Shown in pieces: positions 35,083 to 44,285 of a DNA stretch of 64,000 nt (the stretch's first letter is position 1; every line of letters starts with the position of its first letter). This DNA is from an uncultured bacterium (GTDB lineage: Bacteria; Patescibacteriota; Minisyncoccia; Phycocordibacterales; UBA6065). A program made the translations under genes and the position numbers. The notes beneath the pieces were generated by a model. It saw only the letters and a list, made by a program, of their open reading frames with translations. It was not told where the DNA came from and did not search any database. The DNA is taken from the NCBI GenBank assembly GCA_966243015.1, contig CBIMES010000001.1, forward strand, positions 298,076 through 362,075, read 5' to 3'.

Positions 35083-36438
35083 CTAGATGGCTTTCTTGAC
35101 GGTTATGTCCGAGACGTCCGTCGGGAAGGTCTTTCGCCAGAACGGTCGGATAGAGACCTCGACTTTCTCGATCATCGGGAAGCCCTGGGTAATGGTTGGG
35201 ACCTCGGCGGACTTTGCCCCGGCGAGCTTCTGCTTGAAGGTCGCCTCGTCATAGAGCCACTCGAACTGGGCGTCACCTTGGAGGGTGAATGCGACGCCCT
35301 CTGCCGCAGGGTCAAAGCCGTCGCGAGGGGTAAAGGTGAGGCTGCGGATGTCCTTGATGGTGATCGGCTCGTTCTGGTAGCCGTTTACCTTGATGGCCGC
35401 GAGCTTCTCGCTGAGCTTCTGGATGTCGAAGAAGGCCGCCGAGAGGGTGCACTCCATCTTGATAAGCACCTCGGTCGACGAGACGTTCTCCTGAGGGAGG
35501 GTCGCGCAGCCGATGGTGTGGGCGCCCGAGAAGAAGACCGAACCCTCGGGAACCTGGGCCTCCGCCTGCTTGAGAAGCTCGACGGTCGCCTTGGTCTTGA
35601 TGTCTGCCTGGGCCTTGGTCATGTCAGCATCAGAAACGACCCTGACGGTACCCGCAAAGCCGCCCGCGAGCGGGCTCGACGGCTTTGACTTTGCATAGAA
35701 CGCGTTGTAGCGAGGATCGCCCTTGAAGCCAGGGATAGTGAAGTCCTTGAGGCCAACGTTGTATTTGTCCCCCGCCTCGTCCGCGTAGACGACGGCTTCG
35801 ACTGATCCCGGGGTCGACCCGTTCTTTCCCGGAACGGTCACCGAGTCCGCGATGCGGAAGATGAGGCCCTCGGGGGTCTCGAATCGGGTGTTCTTCACAA
35901 GCCGCTGGGCGGTCGCGTTGTAGTTGTTGTAGATGATGATGGTTCCCGAGGCCTGCGTGGTCACCTGCTTTTCGCCGGTGGCCTTGAGCTGAACGGAGCC
36001 GGTCTGCTTGATAACCTTGGGCTGGAACGAGAGGCCTGCCGCGGCGCTCGATTTTGTCGCCGTAACCGCATCGTTGAGAGTGGCAGCCTGGATTCGAGGG
36101 GTGACCGTCACGGTTGCACCGTGGAATACGGTCGAAACGACGAAGACGAGGGCAAGGGCCGCCAGAACGACGCCTGCAAAAACCCATTTTTTCTTGCCGC
36201 CCTCGCTTACGGACTCCTCCTCGCTGTAGTCGAACTCCTCGTGCACGTCGTGCGCGTGGACACGCGACTCGTGTCGCGTCTCCTGGCGAGACTCATAGCG
36301 AATCTCCTGCTCGGTCTCAGGCTCCTCGACGACGGTCTCCTTGACTCGGACCTCGGTTCGGGTGCGATGAGACGGGAGGGGCACGTTTCTGATCGATCGG
36401 CCCTTCGGCACGATGTCTTGGATTGGATTTCGTGGCAT
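35083..36438 (-). CDS. Membrane-anchored hypothetical protein (single N-terminal TM, large extracytoplasmic domain)
   Basis: Start at MPRNPIQ (36438). Basic/acidic N-terminal region, a TM segment WVFAGVVLAALALVFVV, then a long soluble domain. Confidence 0.55.
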   Translation of the reverse strand: MPRNPIQDIVPKGRSIRNVPLPSHRTRTEVRVKETVVEEPETEQEIRYESRQETRHESRVHAHDVHEEFDYSEEESVSEGGKKKWVFAGVVLAALALVFVVSTVFHGATVTVTPRIQAATLNDAVTATKSSAAAGLSFQPKVIKQTGSVQLKATGEKQVTTQASGTIIIYNNYNATAQRLVKNTRFETPEGLIFRIADSVTVPGKNGSTPGSVEAVVYADEAGDKYNVGLKDFTIPGFKGDPRYNAFYAKSKPSSPLAGGFAGTVRVVSDADMTKAQADIKTKATVELLKQAEAQVPEGSVFFSGAHTIGCATLPQENVSSTEVLIKMECTLSAAFFDIQKLSEKLAAIKVNGYQNEPITIKDIRSLTFTPRDGFDPAAEGVAFTLQGDAQFEWLYDEATFKQKLAGAKSAEVPTITQGFPMIEKVEVSIRPFWRKTFPTDVSDITVKKAI

Positions 36439-36499
36439 ATGTGGTGAAATTATACTATATGAACCCAAAGACCGTCAGCTGTTAATAACTGGAAATGAG

Positions 36500-37708
36500 C
36501 TAGTTCGAGCCGTTTCTGCCGACAAAGGCCGCCGCGAGTGCGAGCGAAACGTCCTTGCGCGCGTGCGGCGCGAAGGAGACAGCGCCCTTCAGACTGTCAG
36601 GGGTAAGAAGGTTGACGCAGAACGGGCCGCCGTCATCGCCGAAGTGGTCGGCCTTCTGCTCCTTGATGCTTGATATGAAGAAATGAACGAGGTCACTGTC
36701 GGCGCTGACGAAGAGCTCGCGCGGAAGAGAGGATTTATGGGCAAGTCGGGAAAGAGCCATTTGAAGAGCCACCGCCCACTCGTCAGACGCCGCTTTCAGT
36801 GCCTCAGCGAGCCTGCCCTTCACGGCTGAACCCGCATGGCCATCGGAGTGAATCCTCAGAAGGGACTCAGCCTCGCCGTACGTGGTCTGAAGCGTCCAGG
36901 CGACCGTCCTCACGAGCGACCTGAAGCCCGCCGGGAAGCTCACCGTCTCCAGAATAAGGCCGCCTTTTACGACCGATACCTCGGAAATCTCGCCGCCAAG
37001 GTCGAGGAAGGTGAAGTCGTCGATGTCGTGGAACGAGTCACGGACCATCGAGAACGCCACGAGCGGAGACGAGAACATCTTGGTGTCCTTCGGGTGGAAG
37101 GTCGTAAGGGAGACCTCAGAGATGCGGTCAATCACCGGCTTCGGCGCAAGGCTCATAAAGAGCGAGATCTCCGCCTGCTTCGCCTTCTTGTCATAAGGCT
37201 GGGCGACGTGATAGCCGTCGAGGGAAACGTGCACCACGCGCTTTTCGAGGACCGCGAGCCTGTCAGCGAGGTCAGACGAGCGAGCGTGTATCGTCGCGAG
37301 GCCAAAGCGCTTCTCGTGCTCTGAAACAATACGGGCAACAAAGCTCTTGGTAAAGGAGAATGACTTCTTTCGGTCGATGCCGATGATCTTGGTCTGGGTC
37401 ACGCACCACGGAGACGAGAAAACGTAGGCGACGTGCCTGATGCGATGCGAGCTGCGCTTTCTCGGGAGGTGAATGTGCCGAAAGCCGTCTTTAAGCACCG
37501 CGGCGTTGACCCGAGCGAGAGCCGCGAGCATGTCGCGGAAAAATCGCTCCGGCTCAGGCGTCTCGGCGAATGAGATTGTCTCGCGGACGGTATAGAAGAC
37601 GCGGGTCGGGACACCCTTCTCGAGGAGAGCGAGCGCCGCGCCGACGGACGACGATCCGATGTCGAATATGAGAGCAAGGTCCGTTTTAGGTCTGCCAAAA
37701 GAGAACAT
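36500..37708 (-). CDS. Actin-like ATPase (ASKHA) superfamily protein (FtsA/PilM/Ppx-like fold), hypothetical
   Basis: LALIFDIGSSSVGAAL (phosphate-1-like) and FLDLGGEISEVSV (phosphate-2-like). Start trimmed to the ATG at 37708. Confidence 0.5.
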   Translation of the reverse strand: MFSFGRPKTDLALIFDIGSSSVGAALALLEKGVPTRVFYTVRETISFAETPEPERFFRDMLAALARVNAAVLKDGFRHIHLPRKRSSHRIRHVAYVFSSPWCVTQTKIIGIDRKKSFSFTKSFVARIVSEHEKRFGLATIHARSSDLADRLAVLEKRVVHVSLDGYHVAQPYDKKAKQAEISLFMSLAPKPVIDRISEVSLTTFHPKDTKMFSSPLVAFSMVRDSFHDIDDFTFLDLGGEISEVSVVKGGLILETVSFPAGFRSLVRTVAWTLQTTYGEAESLLRIHSDGHAGSAVKGRLAEALKAASDEWAVALQMALSRLAHKSSLPRELFVSADSDLVHFFISSIKEQKADHFGDDGGPFCVNLLTPDSLKGAVSFAPHARKDVSLALAAAFVGRNGSN

Positions 37709-37845
37709 GTGAATAGTATACACCGTCCCTCTCGGACTGGCACGCATATCCGCCTGCTGGCGGATTGCTCCGCTCGCGCCGTCGCGCTGCGCGAGGCCAG
37801 CCGAGAGGGACGTGTAAATACTTTTGAAGATTCCAAACGCATATA

Positions 37846-37869
37846 AACGGCTCAATGCCGTGAGCCGTT
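37846..37869 (-). terminator. Terminator hairpin after gene 37878..38618
   Basis: aacggctca atgccg tgagccgtt. Confidence 0.35.
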
Positions 37870-37877
37870 TAATACGG

Positions 37878-38618
37878 CTAGAGATAGCGTTCGATTACGG
37901 CAAGTTCTTCGGGTGAGTTTGCGCCCATACCCTCGACGGTCGGGAATATGACAGGCACGACCGTCTCTCCCCTGTCCCGCGCAATCTTCACGAGGTCAGT
38001 CAGATAGTACTCACCCGACGCATTGGCGTTGCGGATTTCAGAGAGATTGCGCCAAAGCCATGCCGGATCAAAGCAATATGCGCTGATATTCACTTCCTTG
38101 AGGGCCCGAATGTCATCAGAGGCGTCCTTGTACTCGACGATCGCGTCGACAGAGCCATCCGCACCGCGCACGATGCGGCCATTGCGCTCGAAGACCTTGA
38201 AATCGCCTTCGTGATGCTCGGGCGAGACGGTCGCCATCGAGAACGCGGCGCCGTCGACACGTGCCTCGACGAGCTTTTTGAGGGAATCAGGGCTGATAAG
38301 GGGTTGGTCAGCGAAGAGAACGACAACATGCTTTGAATTTGACGCGGAAAGAGCATCACGGGCAACCATGACGGCGTGACCGGTACCCTTCTGCTCGTTC
38401 TGCCAGACGGGACGAGCCTTGTCGCCAAAAAACGCGATGACCTCCTCGCCTCGATGCCCCACAACCACGTGTGGCAGAGCCGTGGCGACACCCGAACGCT
38501 CAAGGACAGAGAGGACATAGCCAAGCATGGGCGTGCCCTTCGCCTCGACGAGGGCCTTGGGCCTCTCAGTTTTCATGCGGGTCCCCTTTCCTGCGGCCAG
38601 AATAATTATGTCTGTCAT
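37878..38618 (-). CDS. Sugar-phosphate nucleotidyltransferase (GlmU N-terminal-domain-like; no LbH acetyltransferase domain)
   Basis: IILAAGKGTRMK nucleotide-binding motif. 246 aa. Confidence 0.75.
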   Translation of the reverse strand: MTDIIILAAGKGTRMKTERPKALVEAKGTPMLGYVLSVLERSGVATALPHVVVGHRGEEVIAFFGDKARPVWQNEQKGTGHAVMVARDALSASNSKHVVVLFADQPLISPDSLKKLVEARVDGAAFSMATVSPEHHEGDFKVFERNGRIVRGADGSVDAIVEYKDASDDIRALKEVNISAYCFDPAWLWRNLSEIRNANASGEYYLTDLVKIARDRGETVVPVIFPTVEGMGANSPEELAVIERYL

Positions 38619-38777
38619 GGAAAAGAATTATACCGCATCGAACCCATAAGCCCACGCTTTTTGACCATTTGACCACACTCATGACCGACTCTGTTTATTT
38701 ATATTTAGTTGAACCTTCCAAACGAACAGCTGTGCGAAAATAGGGGAACAAACATTATAAAACCACCAACACATACC

Positions 38778-39044
38778 ATGAACTACCCACCAGATCAGAT
38801 TGTAACCGTCAGCATACTCACAAGGGTTCTCGACGATAGATTTGGGGCCTTCGAATCAAAGATGATGGAGGGATTCGAGGCGCTCGAAAGGAAAATCGAT
38901 ATCGTTGACACCTCATCAATGGAAAGGCACGAAGCCCTCCTCAAGAAAATCGAAGCGGTCGGCAAAGAATCAGAACAACGAGACAAGTTGCTCAGCGCCC
39001 AGATAATGCACCTAACCATCACGAAAATGGACAAGGAGGATTAA
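38778..39044 (+). CDS. Small coiled-coil protein, paralog B
   Basis: RFGAFESKMMEGFEALERKIDIVD and C-terminal LSAQIMHLTITKMD. The ORF track gives 38709 as start; the internal ATG at 38778 is more likely. Confidence 0.5.
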   Translation: MNYPPDQIVTVSILTRVLDDRFGAFESKMMEGFEALERKIDIVDTSSMERHEALLKKIEAVGKESEQRDKLLSAQIMHLTITKMDKED

Positions 39045-39322
39045 TCCTCCCACGCATCCTCGAGGCGCGTTGTGGCGCCTGTCGCATCCTTGGTGTAAAT
39101 AAAGAAATCCTGCTGCGCAGTCCTTCCCCGCACAACACATTTGATCCCCGCCTGAATGGGCAGGATTTTAAGACGCGGGTTCCCCGTCTTTACGGGCACG
39201 ATGACTGACAGGACGATCTTGGTGACGGAATCGAGGTCTTTGGCGACCTTAAGCACGCCTTCGGCCTCGGGTATGTAGGTCTGATGAGAGTCGCTGAACT
39301 TGTTGCCGCGCAGGAGGCTCAC
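39041..39322 (-). CDS. Hypothetical protein (93 aa); its stop overlaps the paralog-B stop within the palindrome ggaggattaatcctcc
   Basis: GC3-rich coding pattern. Convergent 4-nt overlap with the coiled-coil paralog B gene. Confidence 0.5.
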   Translation of the reverse strand: MSLLRGNKFSDSHQTYIPEAEGVLKVAKDLDSVTKIVLSVIVPVKTGNPRLKILPIQAGIKCVVRGRTAQQDFFIYTKDATGATTRLEDAWED

Positions 39323-39346
39323 GATGGCCGTTAAATTATGATGCGA

Positions 39347-41161
39347 TTACGAGAGCGTCGCCTTGATGCGTCGCACGCCAGCTGACACGGCCTCCTCCTT
39401 CTGGATCTTGAAGGTTCCGAGGGTTCCCGTGTTCTCGACATGAGGACCGCCGCAGAACTCTTTCGAAACAGCTGAACCCAGGTCATTGCCGATGTAATAG
39501 ACAGAGACGATGTCGCCGTACTTGTCGCCGAAGAAGTGAAGGGCGCCCGTCTGCTCGGCCTCTGCCTTTGGCATCTCGACGCGATGCACCGGAAGCTTCG
39601 CCTGAATGTTTGCGTTCACGATGTCCTCAACCCTCTTCTTCTCCTCGTCGGTCATTTTGGCGCCATGAGTGAAGTCAAAGCGAAGTCGCTCGGGAGTAAT
39701 GTTCGAACCCTTCTGCGATACGTGGGTACCAAGCACCTGGCGAAGGGCCTGATGGAGGAGATGCGTTGCAGTGTGGTACCTGAGAGACATCTCGGAGGTG
39801 TCACCAAGGCCGCCCTTGAACTTCTGCTCCGCGCCCGCGCGAGAGAGGTCCTGGTGCTTCTTAAACTCGGCGTCGAACGACTCACGATCAACGGCAAGGC
39901 CCCTCGCCTTGGCGAGCTCGATGGTCATGTCGATAGGAAATCCGTAGCTCGAGAACAGGGTGAATGCGTCTACACCTGAGACAGAGCCCGATACCTTTGA
40001 CACTATCTTGTCGAACTCCTTAACGCCCTGTTCGAGAGTCCTGCCAAACTTTTCAGACTCCTTGGCAATCTCATCGACGATAAAGGCTCGCTGCGCGTCC
40101 ACGTTCGGATATGCCTCCTTGAAGGTCTCGGCGAGATGGCTCACGAGCCTCTCGATCGACGATCGCTCGAACTTCTTCGCGTCGGTATTGAACACCATGC
40201 GCCTGATAATGCGGCGCAGGACGTATCCCTGGTCGGTGTTCGCCGGCACGACGCCGTCCGCAATCATGAAGGTCGCGGTGCGGATATGGTCGGAGATGAT
40301 GCGCTGTCGGCGGAGGTCGGACGCGAGGGTCGCGGCAATGGCCATAATCGGCGCGAAGATATCGGTATCAAAAACATTCGTCTTGCCCTGAAGGACTGTG
40401 CAGATACGCTCGTATCCCGAGCCGGTGTCGACGTTCTTGGTGGCGAGCTTGCCGATGATTTTGCCGTCGCGCTTCTCGAACTCCATGAACACGTCGTTCC
40501 ACACCTCCACGACCTTCTGAGCGTCGTCGGCAGCCTTGTACTCGGCCAGCGTCATGCCCTCGGTGAGAGTACCAGTGAGATCATAGAACATCTCCGAGCA
40601 CGGGCCCGTAGGTCCGGTCCAGGTGTCCTTGCCCTTCACTGCCGGCCACCAGTTCGAGTCGGCGCCGAGATAGTAGATGCGCTCGCCCGCCACGCCGTCC
40701 TTGGCGAAGAGATCCGCCCACACTTTCGCGGCCTCATCGTCGCGAGGGACGCCGTTTGCCTCGTCGCCGGCGAAGACCGTGACGTAAAGACGTCGTGGGT
40801 CAAGACCAAAGCCCTCGGTCTTTGAGGTGAGGAGCTCGTAGCTCCAGGTGATCGCCTCTTTCTTGAAGTATGATCCAAGCGACCAATTGCCCATCATCTC
40901 GAAAAAGGTCAGATGCGTGTTGTCGCCGATATCGTCGATGTCGCCGGTGCGAACGCACTTCTGGAAGTCGGCGAGCTTGTCGCCCTGGGGATGCGGTCGA
41001 CCCATGAGGTACGGCACAAGCGGCTGCATGCCGGCCGTGTTGAAGAGCACGGTCGGGTCGTTCTCGGGCACGAGAGGGGCCGATGGCAGGATGGCGTGGC
41101 CGCGCGCCGCGAAGAAGGCCAGGAATCGCTTGCGTACTTCTGCTGATGTCATAGTGAGCAC
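39347..41161 (-). CDS. alaS: Alanyl-tRNA synthetase, short form (catalytic + tRNA-recognition + editing domains; no C-Ala domain)
   Basis: N-terminal FNTAGMQPLVPY.., editing motifs HTATHLLH and FCGGPHV. 604 aa against about 870 aa for the full-length bacterial enzyme. Confidence 0.9.
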   Translation of the reverse strand: MLTMTSAEVRKRFLAFFAARGHAILPSAPLVPENDPTVLFNTAGMQPLVPYLMGRPHPQGDKLADFQKCVRTGDIDDIGDNTHLTFFEMMGNWSLGSYFKKEAITWSYELLTSKTEGFGLDPRRLYVTVFAGDEANGVPRDDEAAKVWADLFAKDGVAGERIYYLGADSNWWPAVKGKDTWTGPTGPCSEMFYDLTGTLTEGMTLAEYKAADDAQKVVEVWNDVFMEFEKRDGKIIGKLATKNVDTGSGYERICTVLQGKTNVFDTDIFAPIMAIAATLASDLRRQRIISDHIRTATFMIADGVVPANTDQGYVLRRIIRRMVFNTDAKKFERSSIERLVSHLAETFKEAYPNVDAQRAFIVDEIAKESEKFGRTLEQGVKEFDKIVSKVSGSVSGVDAFTLFSSYGFPIDMTIELAKARGLAVDRESFDAEFKKHQDLSRAGAEQKFKGGLGDTSEMSLRYHTATHLLHQALRQVLGTHVSQKGSNITPERLRFDFTHGAKMTDEEKKRVEDIVNANIQAKLPVHRVEMPKAEAEQTGALHFFGDKYGDIVSVYYIGNDLGSAVSKEFCGGPHVENTGTLGTFKIQKEEAVSAGVRRIKATLS

Positions 41162-41204
41162 ATACTATCGCAAAACGGTTTTTTTTCAAAAAGCCCCAAA
41201 GAAA

Positions 41205-41226
41205 AGCCCCGTCGCTGGACGGGGCT
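41205..41226 (-). terminator. Terminator for gene 41239..41787
   Basis: gccccgtc gctg gacggggc; on minus it is followed by ttttctttggggctttttgaaaaaaaa. Confidence 0.45.
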
Positions 41227-41238
41227 CGAGACAATCAG

Positions 41239-41787
41239 TCACATGAAGAAGATGAACCGGGACCTCGGCCAAGGCGCCCGAAACACCTTCCTGTACATGG
41301 ACCTGACAACGCATTCCTGCCGGGGCGACGGGACGCACGATTTGAGATACACGCAGCAGAGCATGCCGAAGGCAAACACAGACGTGATGACAGGGACAAT
41401 GCTGAGGGTAAGTATCCCAGGCACCATAAGGAGAAGGTAGGTCATGAGCCACATGAGCCTTTTCTGGAAGGCCCGCGCCTCGCTGTCCATCCGTTCCCGG
41501 TGAGTCTGCTTTTCCTGCGGCTTGTGCCGCATCGCCATCGAATCCCTAATCTCGCCGAGGATCGCCGCGCTGAAGATCATGGTCCCACACATAAACAGCG
41601 GAAACGTGACCCGGACCATTCCCGTCCTTGCCGCTGCCATAAGAAGGCCGTAATAGGTCAGAAAACCGACACATGCGCAGAGGGACGAGAGCGTGACGCA
41701 GTTAATGCCCGTGAACCGATAGACCTGATTCGAAAAACACTGTGCGCAGTGTCGCAGATAGTCGTCAACGTAGTCGATGATGTTCAA
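41239..41787 (-). CDS. Hypothetical membrane protein
   Basis: 182 aa with several hydrophobic helices. Confidence 0.45.
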   Translation of the reverse strand: MNIIDYVDDYLRHCAQCFSNQVYRFTGINCVTLSSLCACVGFLTYYGLLMAAARTGMVRVTFPLFMCGTMIFSAAILGEIRDSMAMRHKPQEKQTHRERMDSEARAFQKRLMWLMTYLLLMVPGILTLSIVPVITSVFAFGMLCCVYLKSCVPSPRQECVVRSMYRKVFRAPWPRSRFIFFM

Positions 41788-41875
41788 GGAACACCTCCTT
41801 TCTTAAGTTATATGGGTTGTGGTTGAGAGGTTTGATACCAAAGTACACCCGACTTCCCTTCCCGTCAAAGCCCGC

Positions 41876-43648
41876 CTACGGCCTCTTGGCGGCAAGCCTC
41901 TCCAGCCGCTCAATGTCGGCCTCTATCGAGGCAATTCCCGCCTTCCAGAACTCTGGCTTGGTGACGTCGATGCCGACCGACTTGAAGATAGCCTCGGGCG
42001 AGGCCGAGCTTCCCGCGGACATGAACGCGTTGATCTTGGCGAGATATGATGGGTCTTTCTTATAGTTGGCGTAGAGGGCCTTGGATACGAGCTGGCCAAA
42101 GGCGTACGAGTACACGTAGAAGAAGCGGCGAATGTGACTCCAGTACGTAAAGAAGTCTCCGTCCTCAGGCCTGAGGTCGAAAATTGGCCCCAGATACGCG
42201 CCCAGGTGGAGATTCATGGCATCGCGGAGCTCTTCGCGGGTCATAGCCCCCTTCTCGCGAATAGTCTTGTGCATTTCCACCTCAAAGTTGAAGCACGCAA
42301 TCTGCCTGAAGATGGTCATCACATCGTCATTGATCTTGTTGTGGAGGGCCGCAGCCTTCTCCTTGTCCGACATTTTCTCGAAAAGGGCGTCGAAGACAAA
42401 GGCCTCGAAGAGGGTGCTCGCGACTTCCGCGGTTGAGGTGGAGTAACCCTGATACAAGGCGCCCTGCGATTTCGAGAGCTCCGTGTGAATGGCGTGACCC
42501 ATCTCGTGCGCGAAGGTCGAGACCTGGTCCATGGTGTCAGTATAGTTCAAGAGAACGTAGGTCGGGGTGTTGAGATTGCCCGAGCAATAGGCGCCGCCGG
42601 TCTTTCCCTTCCTGGGAAGAACGTCTATCTGGCCGTTCTCGAGATATGAGTCGAGGATGTCGAGGTACCTCTTGTCGACGCAGCCGAACACCTCGCGGAG
42701 TATCTTGACCGCCTCGTCGAACGAAACCTTCTTAACGTTCGACTCGATGCCCGCGTTTCGGTCTGGATAGCGGAGGACTTTAAGGCCGAGCAGTTTTGCC
42801 TTCACCTTATGGAAACGATGGGCGACGGGAAACGCCTTGGTCACGGCGTCGACGAGGGCCAGGACGCTCTTGCGATCGTTCTGATAGCTCAGGATAGTGG
42901 CATCGTAGACCTCCTTGTAGCCGCGAAGCTCGTCATTGATCTTCTTGTCAGTCACCACGGCATTGAGCTCGTTCGTGGCGATTTCGGCAAACGAGCCGAG
43001 CGTCTTCATGAGCGACTCGTGTAGCTGATGCCTCTCTGGAATCGGAAGGTCCCCGATGAGATTCATCGCCCGCGAGACGGGAATGCCCTCCCCCTTCCAC
43101 TCGACCGACGCCTTGCTTATGAGCCTGTCAGTGCCGCTCACCCACTGCTCGTACGACGGTATGCCCTTGAGCTTCAGGATTGACTCCTCGGCCTCGGACA
43201 GATTGTGTCGGGCGCGGTCAAAGACGGTCTTAAGGAAATACCTGAAAGAACCAAGCCTCTTCGAGGCAAGAAACCTCCTCTGGGTCTCCACGGGAATCTT
43301 GGCGAGGGCGAGCTCGAAGAAGATGATGTGCCTGTCGTTCTTCGCGTAACGCTCGGAGAGCTGGGTTGAGCGCGCCTGGGCGACAGAGTCATCGCTGTTG
43401 AGGTCCTTGGCGTAATAGAAGTACATGATGGGACGGGCGATGCGCGTCTCGGCGAACAGCGCCTCATAGTCAGAAAGCGCCGCGAGAAGCTTCCCCTCGC
43501 TCTTGAGCCAGTCAGTCTTGCCCCGGTACTTCTTCTCGAACGCGGCAAAGGCTCGCTCGCCGGCGCGAACGTCCTTCTCTATCTGCGGGTCGTCGTATCC
43601 TTTGTACAGCAGGCCGAGGTTCCAGGTCGTTTTCATATACGTATGCAA
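41876..43648 (-). CDS. pepF: Oligoendopeptidase F (M3B family)
   Basis: HEMGHAIH zinc motif. 590 aa. Confidence 0.85.
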   Translation of the reverse strand: MHTYMKTTWNLGLLYKGYDDPQIEKDVRAGERAFAAFEKKYRGKTDWLKSEGKLLAALSDYEALFAETRIARPIMYFYYAKDLNSDDSVAQARSTQLSERYAKNDRHIIFFELALAKIPVETQRRFLASKRLGSFRYFLKTVFDRARHNLSEAEESILKLKGIPSYEQWVSGTDRLISKASVEWKGEGIPVSRAMNLIGDLPIPERHQLHESLMKTLGSFAEIATNELNAVVTDKKINDELRGYKEVYDATILSYQNDRKSVLALVDAVTKAFPVAHRFHKVKAKLLGLKVLRYPDRNAGIESNVKKVSFDEAVKILREVFGCVDKRYLDILDSYLENGQIDVLPRKGKTGGAYCSGNLNTPTYVLLNYTDTMDQVSTFAHEMGHAIHTELSKSQGALYQGYSTSTAEVASTLFEAFVFDALFEKMSDKEKAAALHNKINDDVMTIFRQIACFNFEVEMHKTIREKGAMTREELRDAMNLHLGAYLGPIFDLRPEDGDFFTYWSHIRRFFYVYSYAFGQLVSKALYANYKKDPSYLAKINAFMSAGSSASPEAIFKSVGIDVTKPEFWKAGIASIEADIERLERLAAKRP

Positions 43649-43666
43649 TGCGGTTAATCTGGCGAT

Positions 43667-44269
43667 TTACTTGTAAGGGATCAGGGCCTTGAAGTCCTCG
43701 ATCAGCGCAGGCTTCATGGAACCATTGTAGAGCGCGACGGCGGGATGGTACAAGGCGACGACCGTCACGGGACCGTAGGACGCCTGGCCCTGGAACGTCT
43801 TGCCGTGGATCTTCGAGACGGGCTGAAGCACGGCCGAAAGACCATACTTCTCGAAGATGAATTTCATCGAATGCCTGCCGAGCGTGGCAATGACCCGAGG
43901 CTTGATGATGTCTATCTGACGCTCGAGAAAGGGCGCGTAGAGGGCGATTTCAGACGGCTCTGGGTCACGATTGCCCGGTGGCCTGTCTTTGACCAGATTG
44001 GTGATATAGACGGACGGTCGGTCCATGCCAATCGAGACAAGCAGCTCGTCGAGCAGCTTTCCCGAGCGCCCGCAGAACGGCCGCGCTGTTTTCGCCTCAG
44101 TCTCGCCCGGGGCCTCGCCGACGAACATGATATGGGCGGAGTGACTCCCCTCGCCTATGACGGGAAAGTACTTGTTCTCGGTGCGGTAGCCGTAGAGTGG
44201 CGAGTCTGCGAGGGCGAGAAGCTCGTCTCTGATTGCCTTGAGCCGTTCCGTGTTCTCGGATGTGTCCAT
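43667..44269 (-). CDS. Uracil-DNA glycosylase, family 4
   Basis: GEAPGETEAKTARPFCGRSGKLL motif. Start trimmed to the ATG at 44269. Confidence 0.8.
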   Translation of the reverse strand: MDTSENTERLKAIRDELLALADSPLYGYRTENKYFPVIGEGSHSAHIMFVGEAPGETEAKTARPFCGRSGKLLDELLVSIGMDRPSVYITNLVKDRPPGNRDPEPSEIALYAPFLERQIDIIKPRVIATLGRHSMKFIFEKYGLSAVLQPVSKIHGKTFQGQASYGPVTVVALYHPAVALYNGSMKPALIEDFKALIPYK

Positions 44270-44285
44270 CGCCTTAGGAAAAAGG

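Noticed and set aside
39034-39049. 16-bp perfect palindrome ggaggattaatcctcc
   Set aside because: It arises from convergent overlapping stop codons (TAA/TTA) of paralog B and the 39041..39322 gene. Probably a coding coincidence rather than a regulatory site.
41162-41238. T-box leader upstream of alaS
   Set aside because: The intergenic space is only about 77 bp and is occupied by a terminator hairpin. That is too short for a T-box riboswitch.
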